From assembly GCF_058153355.1 (NCBI RefSeq), contig NZ_CM177019.1: 64,000 nt of DNA; one strand, 5' to 3'. Shown here in pieces: positions 1 to 16,790 of the stretch. Each line of letters starts with the position of its first letter. Positions within the stretch are counted from its first letter, which is position 1. The notes under the pieces are model-generated. The model had not been told where the DNA came from and did not search any database. It was given only the letters and a program-made list of their open reading frames with translations. Position numbers and translations under genes: made by a program.

Positions 1-225
1 AGGCAAAGATGTCGCGCCATTCTCTTGTAGGGCGGTACTAAAACGTGAAGATGAAAAGATACATAACTTTGGTAGGCCTGATAGCGCAGGCCAGCGAGTG
101 TAACTGACAATACCGGAAACCATCGTACGCACGTTTTTCGCAACGTCTGAAGGTTCCTGAGCGAGTATTGGTGCTCCCGTCAGGAGGAGAATCAGTAGTA
201 AGAACAGACGATGAGAAAAACGCAT
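1..225 (-). CDS. yfiR: YfiR periplasmic protein, N-terminal 75 codons only (gene continues beyond window start)
   Basis: Minus-strand ATG at 225 gives [25 protein letters not shown]..., a signal-peptide N-terminus; reading frame runs off position 1. Confidence 0.75.
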   Translation of the reverse strand, partial: MRFSHRLFLLLILLLTGAPILAQEPSDVAKNVRTMVSGIVSYTRWPALSGLPKLCIFSSSRFSTALQENGATSLP

Positions 226-375
226 TCAGGGATCCTCACCATCTTCGCTTGCAATGCATCGATAATTTTTCAGAATGCTCATTAAAATATCATTTTTTTA
301 TGCAGTCGTCATCAGAGTGGGAAATAAAAAATAATAAGTAAAATCTCATGTTTAATTTATTGTTGGGGAGGTTAA

Positions 376-741
376 TTAATTTAATCGTATTGTGCTGGCA
401 TTCTCATCAGCCCCTTTTTGCCATACTTCATGCAGTTGGCTGGCATTTTCAACATTGTTGCAGCTGGCAGGAAAGCTTTTACCGGAAAGTCCTCGGGCAT
501 AAGTAAAATCGGTCTGGCAAGTTTTCTTTTGTCCTTCGGCATATCCTTTAAGGTATAGACCGCGATCCGCCTGTGAATCGCTAAATGCATCGTCATCTTT
601 TATGGCGTTGCCCGATATCGCATCTTCCATACCAACATCATACCAGTCGGTGCTGGTCAAGGTTGGCGCGTGAGTATAAGGATCAATCTGACATCCGCTA
701 ACCAGTAAAGCCAACAAGGGGGCGATAAACTTTTTCATCAT
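376..741 (-). CDS. yfiL: Lipoprotein YfiL
   Basis: ORF 376..807 trimmed to MMKKFIAPLLALLVSGC lipobox start; AGGAGA Shine-Dalgarno upstream. Confidence 0.85.
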   Translation of the reverse strand: MMKKFIAPLLALLVSGCQIDPYTHAPTLTSTDWYDVGMEDAISGNAIKDDDAFSDSQADRGLYLKGYAEGQKKTCQTDFTYARGLSGKSFPASCNNVENASQLHEVWQKGADENASTIRLN

Positions 742-786
742 TTCTTTCTCCTTTTTCAAAGCATAGCGGATTGTTTTCAAAGGCGA

Positions 787-900
787 TGTAAATTTATTTA
801 TACACAAACAAGGGTTAAAAGCGCGAATAAATTGCTTGTGTAAAGAAAAATGTACGAAATATGGATTGAAAACTTTACTTTATGTGTTATCGTTACGTCA
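787..900 (+). promoter_or_regulatory. aroF promoter region with TyrR-box-like palindromes
   Basis: TGTAAATTTATTTATACA at 787-804 matches TGTAAA-N6-TTTACA TyrR box; further TGTA/TTTAC motifs at 851-890 upstream of aroF. Confidence 0.6.
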
Positions 901-950
901 TCCTCGCTGAGGATCAACTATCGCAAACGAGCATAAACAGGATCGCCATC

Positions 951-2021
951 ATGCAAAAAGACGCGCTGAATAACGTACATATTACCGACGAACAAGTTTT
1001 AATGACTCCGGAACAACTGAAGGCCGCTTTTCCATTAAGCCTGCAACAGGAAGCCCAGATTGCTGACTCGCGTAAAACCATTTCAGATATTATCGCCGGG
1101 CGCGATCCTCGTCTGTTGGTAGTATGTGGTCCTTGTTCCATTCATGATCCGGAAACTGCTCTGGAATATGCTCGTCGATTTAAAGCCCTTGCCGCAGAGG
1201 TCAGCGATAGCCTCTATCTGGTAATGCGCGTCTATTTTGAAAAACCCCGTACCACTGTCGGTTGGAAAGGGTTGATTAACGATCCCCATATGGATGGCTC
1301 TTTTGATGTAGAAGCCGGGCTGCAGATCGCGCGTAAATTGCTGCTTGAGCTGGTGAATATGGGACTGCCACTGGCGACGGAAGCGTTAGATCCTAATAGC
1401 CCGCAATACCTGGGCGATCTGTTTAGCTGGTCAGCAATTGGTGCTCGTACAACGGAATCGCAAACACACCGTGAAATGGCCTCCGGGCTTTCCATGCCGG
1501 TTGGTTTTAAAAACGGCACCGATGGCAGTCTGGCAACGGCAATTAACGCTATGCGCGCCGCTGCCCAGCCGCACCGTTTTGTTGGCATTAACCAGGCAGG
1601 GCAGGTTGCGTTGCTACAAACTCAGGGGAATCCGGACGGGCATGTGATCCTGCGCGGTGGTAAAGCGCCAAACTATAGCCCTGCGGATGTTGCGCAATGT
1701 GAAAAAGAGATGGAACAGGCGGGACTGCGCCCGTCTCTGATGGTAGATTGCAGCCACGGTAATTCCAATAAAGATTATCGCCGTCAGCCTGCGGTGGCAG
1801 AATCCGTGGTTGCTCAAATCAAAGATGGAAATCGCTCAATTATTGGTCTGATGATCGAAAGTAATATCCACGAGGGCAATCAGTCTTCCGAGCAACCGCG
1901 CAGTGAAATGAAATACGGTGTATCCGTAACCGATGCCTGCATTAGCTGGGAAATGACCGATGCCTTGCTGCGTGAAATTCATCAGGATCTGAACGGGCAG
2001 CTGACGGCTCGCGTGGCTTAA
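951..2021 (+). CDS. aroF: DAHP synthase, Tyr-sensitive
   Basis: ORF 882..2021 trimmed to [15 protein letters not shown] start (356 aa); sequence recognised as AroF. Confidence 0.96.
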   Translation: MQKDALNNVHITDEQVLMTPEQLKAAFPLSLQQEAQIADSRKTISDIIAGRDPRLLVVCGPCSIHDPETALEYARRFKALAAEVSDSLYLVMRVYFEKPRTTVGWKGLINDPHMDGSFDVEAGLQIARKLLLELVNMGLPLATEALDPNSPQYLGDLFSWSAIGARTTESQTHREMASGLSMPVGFKNGTDGSLATAINAMRAAAQPHRFVGINQAGQVALLQTQGNPDGHVILRGGKAPNYSPADVAQCEKEMEQAGLRPSLMVDCSHGNSNKDYRRQPAVAESVVAQIKDGNRSIIGLMIESNIHEGNQSSEQPRSEMKYGVSVTDACISWEMTDALLREIHQDLNGQLTARVA

Positions 2022-2031
2022 GAGGTTTATT

Positions 2032-3153
2032 ATGGTTGCTGAGTTGACCGCATTACGCGATCAAATTGATGAAGTCGATAAAGCGCTGCTGAATTTATTA
2101 GCGAAGCGTCTGGAACTGGTTGCTGAAGTTGGCGAGGTGAAAAGCCGCTTTGGACTGCCTATTTATGTTCCGGAGCGCGAGGCATCTATGTTGGCCTCGC
2201 GTCGTGCAGAGGCGGAAGCTCTGGGTGTACCGCCAGATCTGATTGAGGATGTTTTGCGTCGGGTGATGCGTGAATCTTACTCCAGTGAAAACGACAAAGG
2301 ATTTAAAACACTTTGTCCGTCACTGCGTCCGGTGGTTATCGTCGGCGGTGGCGGTCAGATGGGACGCCTGTTCGAGAAGATGCTGACGCTCTCGGGTTAT
2401 CAGGTGCGGATTCTGGAGCAACATGACTGGGATCGAGCGGCTGATATTGTTGCCGATGCCGGAATGGTGATTGTTAGTGTGCCCATCCACGTTACTGAGC
2501 AAGTTATCGGCAAATTACCGCCTTTACCGAAAGATTGTATTCTGGTTGATCTGGCATCAGTGAAAAATGGACCATTACAGGCCATGCTGGCGGCGCACGA
2601 TGGCCCGGTGCTGGGGTTACACCCGATGTTCGGCCCGGACAGCGGTAGCCTGGCAAAGCAAGTTGTGGTCTGGTGTGATGGACGTAAGCCCGAAGCATAC
2701 CAATGGTTTCTGGAGCAAATTCAGGTCTGGGGCGCTCGGTTGCATCGTATTAGCGCTGTCGAGCACGATCAGAATATGGCGTTTATTCAGGCTTTGCGCC
2801 ACTTTGCTACTTTTGCTTATGGGCTGCACCTGGCAGAAGAAAATGTTCAGCTTGAGCAACTACTGGCGCTCTCTTCGCCGATTTACCGCCTTGAGCTGGC
2901 GATGGTCGGGCGACTGTTTGCTCAGGATCCGCAGCTTTATGCCGACATTATTATGTCGTCAGAGCGTAATCTGGCGTTAATCAAACGTTACTATAAGCGT
3001 TTCGGCGAGGCGATTGAGTTGCTGGAGCAGGGCGATAAGCAGGCGTTTATTGACAGTTTCCGCAAGGTGGAGCACTGGTTCGGCGATTACGCACAGCGTT
3101 TTCAGAGTGAAAGCCGCGTGTTATTGCGTCAGGCGAATGACAGTCGCCAGTAA
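2032..3153 (+). CDS. tyrA: Chorismate mutase / prephenate dehydrogenase
   Basis: 373-aa ORF; GGGGQMG NAD-binding motif; directly downstream of aroF. Confidence 0.96.
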   Translation: MVAELTALRDQIDEVDKALLNLLAKRLELVAEVGEVKSRFGLPIYVPEREASMLASRRAEAEALGVPPDLIEDVLRRVMRESYSSENDKGFKTLCPSLRPVVIVGGGGQMGRLFEKMLTLSGYQVRILEQHDWDRAADIVADAGMVIVSVPIHVTEQVIGKLPPLPKDCILVDLASVKNGPLQAMLAAHDGPVLGLHPMFGPDSGSLAKQVVVWCDGRKPEAYQWFLEQIQVWGARLHRISAVEHDQNMAFIQALRHFATFAYGLHLAEENVQLEQLLALSSPIYRLELAMVGRLFAQDPQLYADIIMSSERNLALIKRYYKRFGEAIELLEQGDKQAFIDSFRKVEHWFGDYAQRFQSESRVLLRQANDSRQ

Positions 3154-3195
3154 TAATCCAGTGCCGGGTGGCGTGTTTCACCCGGCACGATTTCA

Positions 3196-4356
3196 TTATG
3201 CCGGATCGACTGGTACCACATTCTCGCTTGGGTAACAGCCCAGGACTTTCATCGAGCGAGTGATTTCACCTAGCTCTTTCAACGCCTGTTGCATTTCCGC
3301 TGATTCCAGATTGGCCTGAATATCCAGATAAAACATCTCTTCCCACGGGTTTCCGTGAATCGGGCGTGATTCCAGACGGGTCATAATCAGATTGTGGTTG
3401 CGCAGTACCAGCAACGCTTCAACCAGCGCACCAGCTTGTTGTCCGGTCGCCATTAACAACGTCGTTTTCGCCGGAACCTGGTCAGAAACGTTAATGGCTT
3501 TACGTGCCAACACCACAAATCGGGTGAAGTTTTGTCGCTGATTCGCTTCAATATGCTCCAGTACCTGCAAACCGTACAAAGTGCCGCCAGCTTCGCTTCC
3601 CAACGCAGCAACATGCGGTGATTTTGCCTGTGCAACCTTTTCCATTGCCGCAGACGTACTTTCGGTATATTCAATCTTCCAGTGCGGATAACGATTAAGG
3701 AATTTGCTGCATTGCTGGAATGGCTGCGGATGGCTGTAGACCGTATTAATGGTGGATAAATCAGTAGTGCCGGAGACCAACAAACAATGATCGATAGTTA
3801 ACGTCATCTCGCCAACAATCGACAAACTGGTATGTTGCAGCAGATCGTAAACGTCGTTTATGGCACCGGAGCTGGTATTTTCAATCGGTACGACGGCATA
3901 GTCGGCCTGGCCGGTTTCCACCTGATTAAAAATATCGGCAAATTTGGCGCAGCCACTTTCAATGAATTGCTCAAAGTGACGCGCAGCGTACTGACGAGCG
4001 GCAAGATGTGAATAGGAGCCTTTGGGGCCGAGAAAAGCGATGCGTGCTGAGTGCGGATTAATTTTATTGAGATGTTGCTGGAGCAGTGCCTGCTGAGTTA
4101 ATACGGAATCTTCAATGATGAGCTGGAACAGGCGAGTAATGTAATGGGCGTCCAGATGGTGCGCTTTACCGAGCGTAATTAATCTTTCCAGCAAATCGCG
4201 TTCGCGATCAATATCACGTACCGGGCGATGAGAGAGCAGTTTGGCTTTTCCCACCTCGACGGCCAGTTCGCGCCGCTCTGCCAGTAATGCTAATAATTTT
4301 TCATCCAGCGCGCTGATTTTCTCTCGCAGCGCCAGTAACGGGTTTTCCGATGTCAT
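3196..4356 (-). CDS. pheA: Chorismate mutase / prephenate dehydratase
   Basis: 386-aa ORF recognised as PheA; preceded by pheL leader and attenuator. Confidence 0.96.
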   Translation of the reverse strand: MTSENPLLALREKISALDEKLLALLAERRELAVEVGKAKLLSHRPVRDIDRERDLLERLITLGKAHHLDAHYITRLFQLIIEDSVLTQQALLQQHLNKINPHSARIAFLGPKGSYSHLAARQYAARHFEQFIESGCAKFADIFNQVETGQADYAVVPIENTSSGAINDVYDLLQHTSLSIVGEMTLTIDHCLLVSGTTDLSTINTVYSHPQPFQQCSKFLNRYPHWKIEYTESTSAAMEKVAQAKSPHVAALGSEAGGTLYGLQVLEHIEANQRQNFTRFVVLARKAINVSDQVPAKTTLLMATGQQAGALVEALLVLRNHNLIMTRLESRPIHGNPWEEMFYLDIQANLESAEMQQALKELGEITRSMKVLGCYPSENVVPVDPA

Positions 4357-4380
4357 AGTGTTGCCTTTTTGTTATCAATA

Positions 4381-4409
4381 AAAAAGGCCCCCCGGTTTGG
4401 GAGGCCTTA
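4381..4409 (-). terminator. pheA attenuator hairpin
   Basis: Minus strand reads GGCCTCCCAAACCGGGGGGCC followed by TTTTTT, between pheL and pheA. Confidence 0.85.
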
Positions 4410-4454
4410 TTGTTCGTCTTCGCATTCTGTTTCACACGACGAAACGCCTCCCAT

Positions 4455-4502
4455 TCAGGGGAAGGTAAAAAAGAATGCGAAGAAAAACGGTGTGTGTTTC
4501 AT
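4455..4502 (-). CDS. pheL: pheA leader peptide (Phe-rich)
   Basis: 15-codon ORF MKHTPFFFAFFFTFP with seven Phe codons, upstream of the attenuator hairpin. Confidence 0.85.
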   Translation of the reverse strand: MKHTPFFFAFFFTFP

Positions 4503-4605
4503 GTTTGTTTCCTTAAGTGACTTCAGTACAGTACCCGTACTGTTTTCACGCTGTCAACAAAAAACGCGCCCGAAGGCGCGTTGGCGATACACTCAATATA
4601 AAGGA

Positions 4606-5001
<396 letters not shown>

Positions 5002-5138
5002 TCAAAATGTGTGATGGAAATCTCATAATTTTGTCACTTTTTGTCAACGAATCTTTTTTGTGAGAAATCGCAGGAAGAGGTGTTTTTTTACTTGAGGAAT
5101 ATCTCAAAGCGAGCCATATTTGATGAGATCGATAGTGA

Positions 5139-5918
5139 CTAAATCGCTTCAGTTTCACAACTAACAGAATAAAAAAACGGCAGCTCAAGGCTGTAATGCC
5201 AGTCAGTTAAGCAACTGACTGGCTCTTTTTCGGGGCTGTGGGGTATTTCCAGGGCCTCTCCTTTACCACTCTCGGGAAGGCCCTTTCCCTTCTTGTCGGT
5301 AATTTCACTGGTTGTCCCATACTTGCAAGATCGCGCATCAGCTCCGGTATACGTCCCGGTGAAGCGCATGGCGTCCGTCATCGACGTCAGCAGATGGCTG
5401 GTCAGTTCCATCTGGCAGACCATTTTGACCTGCGGGTAGAGCGCCGGGTTCTCGGCATGTGTCTGGCGGGGGAAGGCTGCATCGTTCTCTGGTGTATCCG
5501 GTGTGCGCCAGAACACACCATCGATGGCCAGCAGGGTCAGGCCGCACCAGTGCGGATGCGGCGTGGCGTTATGCCAGAGCTGCGCTGTTTTCGTGAACAC
5601 GCGGCGGACAGCCTCACTTCCCAGGCGCTGGCGGGCCTGAATAACGGCACTGGGGGCAACGAAGGGGCGATTGCCCGGCAGCATGATGTCCAGGCGATTC
5701 ACAATCTGGTGAAGAGGTTCTTTACGCTCAAGCGCCATGCCAACAATACACCAGACCATCATTTCGAGGGGAAGACGGCGCTTGCGTAGCGTTACAGTAC
5801 CTGATTCGGCAAGGCAACGAGAGATGAGTTCGGGGTCGAGGTAATCCCCCAGAGAAGTCAGTGGGTTACGCAGAGAATCGTAACGGGATACCAGATCAAG
5901 AGCCTGTCCAATGTGCAT
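5139..5918 (-). pseudogene. IS4-type DDE transposase, truncated and fused to flanking sequence
   Basis: N-terminus MHIGQALDLVSRYDSL... and AIDG motif typical of IS4 transposase; ORF runs through the right IS end into host DNA, C-terminal half missing. Confidence 0.7.
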
Positions 5919-6002
5919 AAAAAAATCCGGAAACGAGTGAGCGTTTCCGGATTCTTACACAGGCACTGGATCGGTCAACTGATCCTTAACTGATCGGCAT
6001 TA
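5194..6002. mobile_element. IS4-family insertion sequence, internally deleted derivative (809 bp)
   Basis: Imperfect terminal inverted repeats TAATGCC(A/G)...CAGTTAAG at both ends; identical 13-bp direct repeats CAGCTCAAGGCTG at 5181-5193 and 6003-6015. Confidence 0.75.
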
Positions 6003-6038
6003 CAGCTCAAGGCTGCCGTTTTGTGTTTCAGGTTTCTG

Positions 6039-6776
6039 TTATGTATTGCTGCTGTTTGCGGCGATGATTTTCGCTACTTTTTCAGCTTGCGCATTCATCT
6101 GCATCTGACGGTATGCATTTTCCATCAGCGGCAGCGCATCACGCGTAGCCTGGGTATCCGGATAGTCGCGCAACATGCCTTCTACGCGGTTAACGACAGC
6201 AACCCATGCACCACGTTCTGTATAATACTCGGCAACGGAGTATTCATATTTCGCCAGACGATCTTTCAGGAATACCAGACGTTTGGTGGCATCGGTGGTG
6301 TACTGACTGTTCGGATAGCCGCGCACCAGTTTGGAAAAGTCACTAAACGCAGCTCGTGCATGTTGAGGATCGCGATCGCTACGGTCAACGCCAAAGAACC
6401 CTTGCAGCGCACTGTCATCCAGCGCCATATTGGTCAGGCCACGCATGTACATGACATAATCGATATTCGGATGGGTCGGGTTAAGGCGAATAAAACGATC
6501 GATGGCAGCCTGTGCTAACGGCAAATCGGCGTTTTTATAGTAGGCGTAGATGAGATCCAGCTGCACCTGCTGCGAATACGGACCAAACGGATAGCGATTA
6601 TCTAACGCTTCCAGTTGCGTTATTGCCTGTCTCCAGTTACCGTCCTGCAGCTTTTGTTGTGCAGTCGCGTAAATTTCATTTGGCGGATTATCAGGTACTT
6701 CTTCCTTTGACCCCGAGCAACCCGCCAAAAACAGGCTTAGTGTGGCGGCTGCCACCAGATATTTCATGCGCGTCAT
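6039..6776 (-). CDS. bamD: Outer membrane protein assembly factor BamD (TPR lipoprotein)
   Basis: 245-aa ORF, lipobox LFLAGCSG, recognised as BamD/YfiO. Confidence 0.95.
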
Positions 6777-6910
6777 GACGTTTTGACTTTCCTCAAAATG
6801 TAATACGGGAGATTCTCTGTTCCTGCTCCCGGTTAAGACCAGCTACAATAGCACACTATATTAAACGGCAAAGCCGTAAAACCCCAACGATAAACGAAGA
6901 AGCAGTATAT

Positions 6911-7891
6911 ATGGCACAACGAGTACAGCTCACTGCAACGGTGTCCGAAAACCAACTCGGTCAACGCTTAGATCAGGCTTTGGCCGAAATGTTCCCGGAT
7001 TATTCACGTTCGCGAATAAAAGAATGGATCCTCGACCAGCGCGTGCTGGTTAACGGCAAAGTTTGTGATAAGCCGAAAGAAAAAGTATTGGGTGGCGAGC
7101 AGGTGGCCATCAACGCTGAGATTGAAGAAGAAGCGCGTTTTGAACCGCAGGATATCCCGCTGGATATCGTCTATGAAGATGAAGATATCATCGTCATTAA
7201 TAAACCACGCGACCTGGTGGTACATCCTGGCGCGGGTAACCCGGATGGCACGGTACTGAATGCGTTGCTTCATTATTATCCGCCCATTGCCGATGTACCG
7301 CGTGCGGGCATCGTCCATCGTCTGGATAAAGACACCACCGGCCTGATGGTTGTGGCAAAAACCGTTCCGGCTCAGACGCGTTTAGTCGAATCTTTGCAAC
7401 GGCGTGAAATTACTCGTGAGTATGAAGCGGTGGCAATTGGTCATATGACCGCTGGCGGTACAGTAGATGAACCAATCAGCCGCCACCCGACCAAACGTAC
7501 TCACATGGCGGTGCATCCGATGGGTAAACCGGCGGTCACTCACTATCGCATCATGGAACACTTCCGTGTGCACACGCGTCTGCGGTTGCGTCTGGAAACC
7601 GGACGTACGCACCAGATCCGCGTGCATATGGCCCATATCACTCATCCGCTCGTGGGCGATCCGGTTTATGGCGGCCGTCCGCGTCCGCCAAAAGGTGCTT
7701 CGGAAGCGTTTATCTCCACGCTGCGTAAGTTTGACCGCCAGGCGCTTCATGCAACCATGCTGCGTCTTTATCACCCGATCTCCGGCATCGAAATGGAATG
7801 GCATGCGCCTATTCCACAAGATATGGTGGAGCTGATTGAGGTGATGCGCGCCGATTTCGAAGAGCATAAGGATGAAGTGGACTGGTTATGA
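6911..7891 (+). CDS. rluD: 23S rRNA pseudouridine synthase D
   Basis: 326-aa ORF with S4 domain N-terminus and HRLDKDTTG catalytic motif. Confidence 0.95.
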   Translation: MAQRVQLTATVSENQLGQRLDQALAEMFPDYSRSRIKEWILDQRVLVNGKVCDKPKEKVLGGEQVAINAEIEEEARFEPQDIPLDIVYEDEDIIVINKPRDLVVHPGAGNPDGTVLNALLHYYPPIADVPRAGIVHRLDKDTTGLMVVAKTVPAQTRLVESLQRREITREYEAVAIGHMTAGGTVDEPISRHPTKRTHMAVHPMGKPAVTHYRIMEHFRVHTRLRLRLETGRTHQIRVHMAHITHPLVGDPVYGGRPRPPKGASEAFISTLRKFDRQALHATMLRLYHPISGIEMEWHAPIPQDMVELIEVMRADFEEHKDEVDWL

Positions 7892-8619
7892 GTAAGCTGA
7901 TTGTCCCGCAGTGGCCGCTGCCAAAAGGTGTTGCGGCCTGTAGCTCTACCCGTATCGGCGGCGTGAGCTTGCCGCCGTATGACTCGCTCAACCTCGGTGC
8001 CCATTGTGGCGATAACCCGGATCACGTCGAGGAAAATCGTAAGCGACTTTTTGCTGCGGGCAATTTGCCTTCAAAACCGGTCTGGCTTGAGCAGGTACAC
8101 GGCAAAGATGTGCTTAAGCTTACTGGCGAACCTTATGCCTCAAAACGAGCGGATGCCTCTTATAGCAATACGCCCGGCACGGTTTGCGCCGTGATGACGG
8201 CTGACTGCCTCCCTGTGCTGTTTTGCAATCGAGCGGGAACGGAAGTCGCCGCCGCTCATGCTGGCTGGCGTGGACTGTGCGCAGGCGTGCTGGAAGAGAC
8301 GGTTTCCTGTTTTGCTGATAATCCCGAAAACATTCTCGCCTGGTTAGGGCCGGCAATTGGTCCACGCGCGTTTGAAGTGGGAGCGGAGGTTCGCGAGGCG
8401 TTTATGGCAGTAGACGCCAAAGCGAGTGCAGCTTTCATTCAGCATGGAGATAAATATCTGGCGGATATTTATCAGCTTGCCCGGCAGCGTCTGGCGAACG
8501 TTGGTGTTGAGCAAATTTTCGGCGGTGATCGCTGTACATACACAGAAAATGAGACATTCTTCTCTTATCGTCGCGACAAGACCACTGGTCGTATGGCAAG
8601 TTTCATTTGGCTGATATAA
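7888..8619 (+). CDS. yfiH: YfiH/PgeF family purine nucleoside phosphorylase-like protein
   Basis: 243-aa ORF overlapping rluD stop by 4 nt (ATGA coupling); conserved position before clpB. Confidence 0.9.
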   Translation: MSKLIVPQWPLPKGVAACSSTRIGGVSLPPYDSLNLGAHCGDNPDHVEENRKRLFAAGNLPSKPVWLEQVHGKDVLKLTGEPYASKRADASYSNTPGTVCAVMTADCLPVLFCNRAGTEVAAAHAGWRGLCAGVLEETVSCFADNPENILAWLGPAIGPRAFEVGAEVREAFMAVDAKASAAFIQHGDKYLADIYQLARQRLANVGVEQIFGGDRCTYTENETFFSYRRDKTTGRMASFIWLI

Positions 8620-8681
8620 CCTAAAGAATCAAGACGATCCGGTACGCGTGATTTTCTTTTCACATTAATCTGGTCAATAAC

Positions 8682-8710
8682 CTTGAATAATTGAGGGATG
8701 ACCTCATTTA
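8682..8710 (+). promoter_or_regulatory. Sigma-32 heat-shock promoter of clpB
   Basis: CTTGAAT then 14 bp then CCTCATTTA, matching sigma-32 -35/-10 consensus, about 40 bp upstream of clpB. Confidence 0.55.
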
Positions 8711-8748
8711 ATCTCCAGTAGCAACTTTGATCCGTTATGGGAGGAGTT

Positions 8749-11322
8749 ATGCGTCTGGATCGTCTTACTAATAAATTCCAGCTTGCTCTTGCCGATGCCC
8801 AATCACTTGCACTCGGGCACGACAACCAATTCATCGAACCACTTCATTTAATGAGCGCCCTGCTGAATCAGGAAGGGGGTTCGGTTAGTCCTTTATTAAC
8901 ATCCGCCGGCATCAATGCTGGTCAGTTGCGCACAGATATCAATCAGGCATTAAATCGTTTACCGCAGGTTGAAGGCACTGGCGGTGATGTCCAGCCCTCA
9001 CAGGATCTGGTGCGCGTTCTTAATCTTTGCGACAAGCTGGCGCAAAAACGTGGTGATAACTTTATCTCGTCAGAACTGTTCGTTCTGGCGGCACTTGAGT
9101 CTCGCGGCACGCTGGCCGACATCCTGAAAGCAGCAGGGGCGACCACCGCCAACATTACTCAAGCGATTGAACAAATGCGTGGAGGTGAAAGCGTGAACGA
9201 TCAAGGAGCTGAAGACCAACGTCAGGCTTTGAAAAAATACACCATCGACCTCACCGAACGAGCCGAACAAGGCAAACTCGATCCGGTGATTGGCCGTGAT
9301 GAAGAAATTCGCCGTACCATTCAGGTACTGCAACGTCGTACTAAAAATAACCCGGTGCTGATTGGTGAACCAGGCGTTGGTAAAACAGCCATCGTTGAAG
9401 GTCTGGCTCAGCGTATTATCAATGGCGAGGTACCGGAAGGGCTGAAAGGCCGCCGCGTACTGGCGCTGGATATGGGCGCGCTGGTGGCCGGGGCGAAATA
9501 TCGCGGTGAGTTTGAAGAACGTTTAAAAGGCGTGCTTAACGATCTCGCCAAACAGGAAGGCAACGTCATCCTGTTTATCGACGAATTACATACCATGGTC
9601 GGTGCGGGTAAAGCCGATGGCGCAATGGACGCCGGCAACATGCTGAAACCGGCGCTGGCGCGTGGTGAATTGCACTGCGTAGGTGCCACGACACTGGACG
9701 AATATCGCCAGTACATCGAAAAAGATGCTGCGCTGGAACGTCGTTTCCAGAAAGTGTTTGTTGCCGAGCCAACCGTGGAAGACACCATTGCTATTCTGCG
9801 TGGCCTGAAAGAACGTTACGAGCTGCACCACCATGTGCAAATTACTGACCCGGCAATTGTTGCAGCGGCGACGTTGTCTCATCGCTACATTGCGGACCGT
9901 CAGCTGCCGGATAAAGCCATCGACCTGATCGATGAAGCAGCATCCAGCATTCGTATGCAGATTGACTCAAAACCAGAGGAACTCGATCGACTCGATCGTC
10001 GTATCATCCAGCTCAAACTGGAACAACAGGCGTTAATGAAAGAGTCTGATGAAGCCAGTAAAAAACGCCTGGATATGCTTAACGAAGAACTGAGCGACAA
10101 AGAACGTCAGTACTCCGAGTTAGAAGAAGAGTGGAAAGCAGAGAAAGCCTCGCTCTCTGGTACGCAGACCATTAAAGCGGAACTGGAACAGGCGAAAATC
10201 GCTATTGAACAGGCTCGCCGTGTGGGTGACTTGGCGCGGATGTCTGAACTGCAATACGGCAAAATCCCGGAACTGGAAAAGCAACTGGAAGCCGCAACGC
10301 AGCTCGAAGGCAAAACTATGCGTCTGTTGCGTAATAAAGTGACCGACGCCGAAATTGCTGAAGTGCTGGCGCGTTGGACGGGGATTCCGGTTTCTCGCAT
10401 GATGGAAAGCGAGCGCGAAAAACTGCTGCGTATGGAGCAAGAGCTGCACCATCGCGTTATTGGTCAGAACGAAGCGGTTGATGCGGTATCTAACGCTATT
10501 CGTCGTAGCCGTGCGGGGCTTGCTGACCCGAATCGCCCGATTGGTTCATTCCTGTTCCTCGGCCCAACGGGTGTGGGGAAAACTGAGCTTTGTAAGGCGC
10601 TGGCGAACTTTATGTTTGATAGCGACGAGGCGATGGTCCGTATCGATATGTCCGAGTTTATGGAGAAACACTCGGTGTCTCGTCTGGTTGGTGCGCCTCC
10701 GGGATATGTCGGTTATGAAGAAGGTGGCTACCTGACCGAAGCAGTGCGTCGTCGTCCGTATTCCGTCATCCTGCTGGATGAAGTGGAAAAAGCGCATCCG
10801 GATGTCTTCAACATTCTGTTGCAGGTACTGGATGATGGGCGTCTGACTGACGGGCAGGGGAGAACGGTCGACTTCCGTAATACGGTTGTCATTATGACCT
10901 CTAACCTCGGTTCCGATTTGATTCAGGAACGCTTCGGTGAACTGGATTATGCGCACATGAAAGAGCTGGTACTCGGTGTGGTAAGCCATAACTTCCGTCC
11001 GGAATTCATTAACCGTATCGATGAAGTGGTGGTCTTCCATCCGCTGGGTGAACAGCACATTGCGTCGATTGCGCAGATTCAGTTGAAACGTCTGTACAAA
11101 CGTCTGGAAGAACGTGGTTATGAAATCCACATTTCTGACGAGGCGCTGAAACTGCTGAGCGAGAACGGTTACGATCCGGTCTATGGTGCACGTCCTCTGA
11201 AACGTGCTATCCAGCAGCAGATCGAAAACCCGCTGGCACAGCAAATACTGTCTGGTGAATTGGTTCCGGGTAAAGTTATTCGCCTGGAGGTTAATGAAGA
11301 CAGGATTGTCGCCGTCCAGTAA
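8749..11322 (+). CDS. clpB: Chaperone disaggregase ClpB (AAA+)
   Basis: ORF trimmed to [10 protein letters not shown] start (857 aa); two Walker A motifs GEPGVGKT and GPTGVGKT. Confidence 0.97.
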   Translation: MRLDRLTNKFQLALADAQSLALGHDNQFIEPLHLMSALLNQEGGSVSPLLTSAGINAGQLRTDINQALNRLPQVEGTGGDVQPSQDLVRVLNLCDKLAQKRGDNFISSELFVLAALESRGTLADILKAAGATTANITQAIEQMRGGESVNDQGAEDQRQALKKYTIDLTERAEQGKLDPVIGRDEEIRRTIQVLQRRTKNNPVLIGEPGVGKTAIVEGLAQRIINGEVPEGLKGRRVLALDMGALVAGAKYRGEFEERLKGVLNDLAKQEGNVILFIDELHTMVGAGKADGAMDAGNMLKPALARGELHCVGATTLDEYRQYIEKDAALERRFQKVFVAEPTVEDTIAILRGLKERYELHHHVQITDPAIVAAATLSHRYIADRQLPDKAIDLIDEAASSIRMQIDSKPEELDRLDRRIIQLKLEQQALMKESDEASKKRLDMLNEELSDKERQYSELEEEWKAEKASLSGTQTIKAELEQAKIAIEQARRVGDLARMSELQYGKIPELEKQLEAATQLEGKTMRLLRNKVTDAEIAEVLARWTGIPVSRMMESEREKLLRMEQELHHRVIGQNEAVDAVSNAIRRSRAGLADPNRPIGSFLFLGPTGVGKTELCKALANFMFDSDEAMVRIDMSEFMEKHSVSRLVGAPPGYVGYEEGGYLTEAVRRRPYSVILLDEVEKAHPDVFNILLQVLDDGRLTDGQGRTVDFRNTVVIMTSNLGSDLIQERFGELDYAHMKELVLGVVSHNFRPEFINRIDEVVVFHPLGEQHIASIAQIQLKRLYKRLEERGYEIHISDEALKLLSENGYDPVYGARPLKRAIQQQIENPLAQQILSGELVPGKVIRLEVNEDRIVAVQ

Positions 11323-11436
11323 TGATAAAACGAGTCCTTCGGGGCTCGTTTTTGTCTATAAATTAGACGGAAAAGACTATATTCAAGATGTTTTGCCTGA
11401 AAAATGAGCGAACGATAAAGTTTTTATATTTTTCGC

Positions 11437-11582
11437 TTGTCAGGCCGGAATAACTCCCTATAATGCGCCACCACTGACACGGAACAACGGCAAACACGCC
11501 GCCGGGTCAGCGGGGTTCTCCTGAGAATCTCGACAGAGAAAAGCAAAAAAATGCTTGACTCTGTAGCGGGAAAGCGTATTAT
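11437..11582 (+). promoter_or_regulatory. rRNA operon tandem promoters P1 and P2
   Basis: P1 TTGTCA-16bp-TATAAT (11437-11464) with AT-rich UP element; P2 TTGACT-16bp-TATTAT (11555-11582); boxA-like TGCTCTTTAACAATTTATCA downstream. Confidence 0.8.
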
Positions 11583-11763
11583 GCACACCCCGCGCCGCTG
11601 AGAAAAAGCGAAGCGGCACTGCTCTTTAACAATTTATCAGACAATCTGTGTGGGCACTCGAAGATACGGATTCTTAACGTCGCAAGACGAAAAATGAATA
11701 CCAAGTCTCAAGAGTGAACACGTAATTCATTACGAAGTTTAATTCTTTGAGCATCAAACTTTT

Positions 11764-13305
<1,542 letters not shown>

Positions 13306-13390
13306 CCTTAAAGAACTGTTCTTTGCAGTGCTCACACAGATTGTCTGATAGAAAGTGAAAAGCAAGGCGTCTTGCGAAGCAGACTGATAC

Positions 13391-13466
13391 GTCCCCTTCG
13401 TCTAGAGGCCCAGGACACCGCCCTTTCACGGCGGTAACAGGGGTTCGAATCCCCTAGGGGACGCCA
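13391..13466 (+). tRNA. gltW: tRNA-Glu (UUC) in 16S-23S spacer
   Basis: GTCCCCTTCGTCTAGAGGCCCAGGACACCGCCCTTTCACGGCGG...GACGCCA, 76 nt. Confidence 0.97.
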
Positions 13467-13660
13467 CTTGCTGGTTTGTGAGTGAAAGTCGCCGACCTTA
13501 ATATCGTTAAAGATGACTTACGAGTCATGTTTAAGATATTTGCTCTTTAAAAATCTGGATCAAGCTGAAAATTGAAACACTGAACAACGAAAGTTGTTCG
13601 TGAGTCTCTCAAATTTTCGCAACACGATGATGAATCGAAAGAAACATCTTCGGGTTGTGA

Positions 13661-16564
<2,904 letters not shown>

Positions 16565-16658
16565 TACAACGCCGAAGGTGTTTTGGCGGATTGAGAGAAG
16601 ATTTTCAGCCTGATACAGATTAAATCAGAACGCAGAAGCGGTCTGATGAAACAGAATT

Positions 16659-16778
16659 TGCCTGGCGGCCTTAGCGCGGTGGTCCCACCTGACCCCATGC
16701 CGAACTCAGAAGTGAAACGCCGTAGCGCCGATGGTAGTGTGGGGTCTCCCCATGCGAGAGTAGGGAACTGCCAGGCAT
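16659..16778 (+). rRNA. rrfG: 5S ribosomal RNA
   Basis: TGCCTGGCGGCCTTAGCGCGGTGG...GGAACTGCCAGGCAT, 120 nt. Confidence 0.97.
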
Positions 16779-16790
16779 CAAATTAAGCAG

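Noticed and set aside
211-285. 24-codon plus-strand [27 protein letters not shown]
   Set aside because: It is the antisense of the yfiR start region and its putative SD is about 25 nt away.
5139-5918. Intact, functional IS4 transposase gene
   Set aside because: The element is only 809 bp and the ORF continues through the terminal inverted repeat into flanking DNA with a junk C-terminus.
10546-11244. 232-aa minus-strand ORF inside clpB, and similar long antisense ORFs (e.g. 24183..24785 in yfiF, 29252..30166 in srmB, 6021..6518 in bamD, 4369..5028 over raiA, 58786..59463 in the primase gene)
   Set aside because: Each lies entirely antisense to a well-supported conserved gene, has no SD or recognisable domain, and is better explained as a chance open frame.
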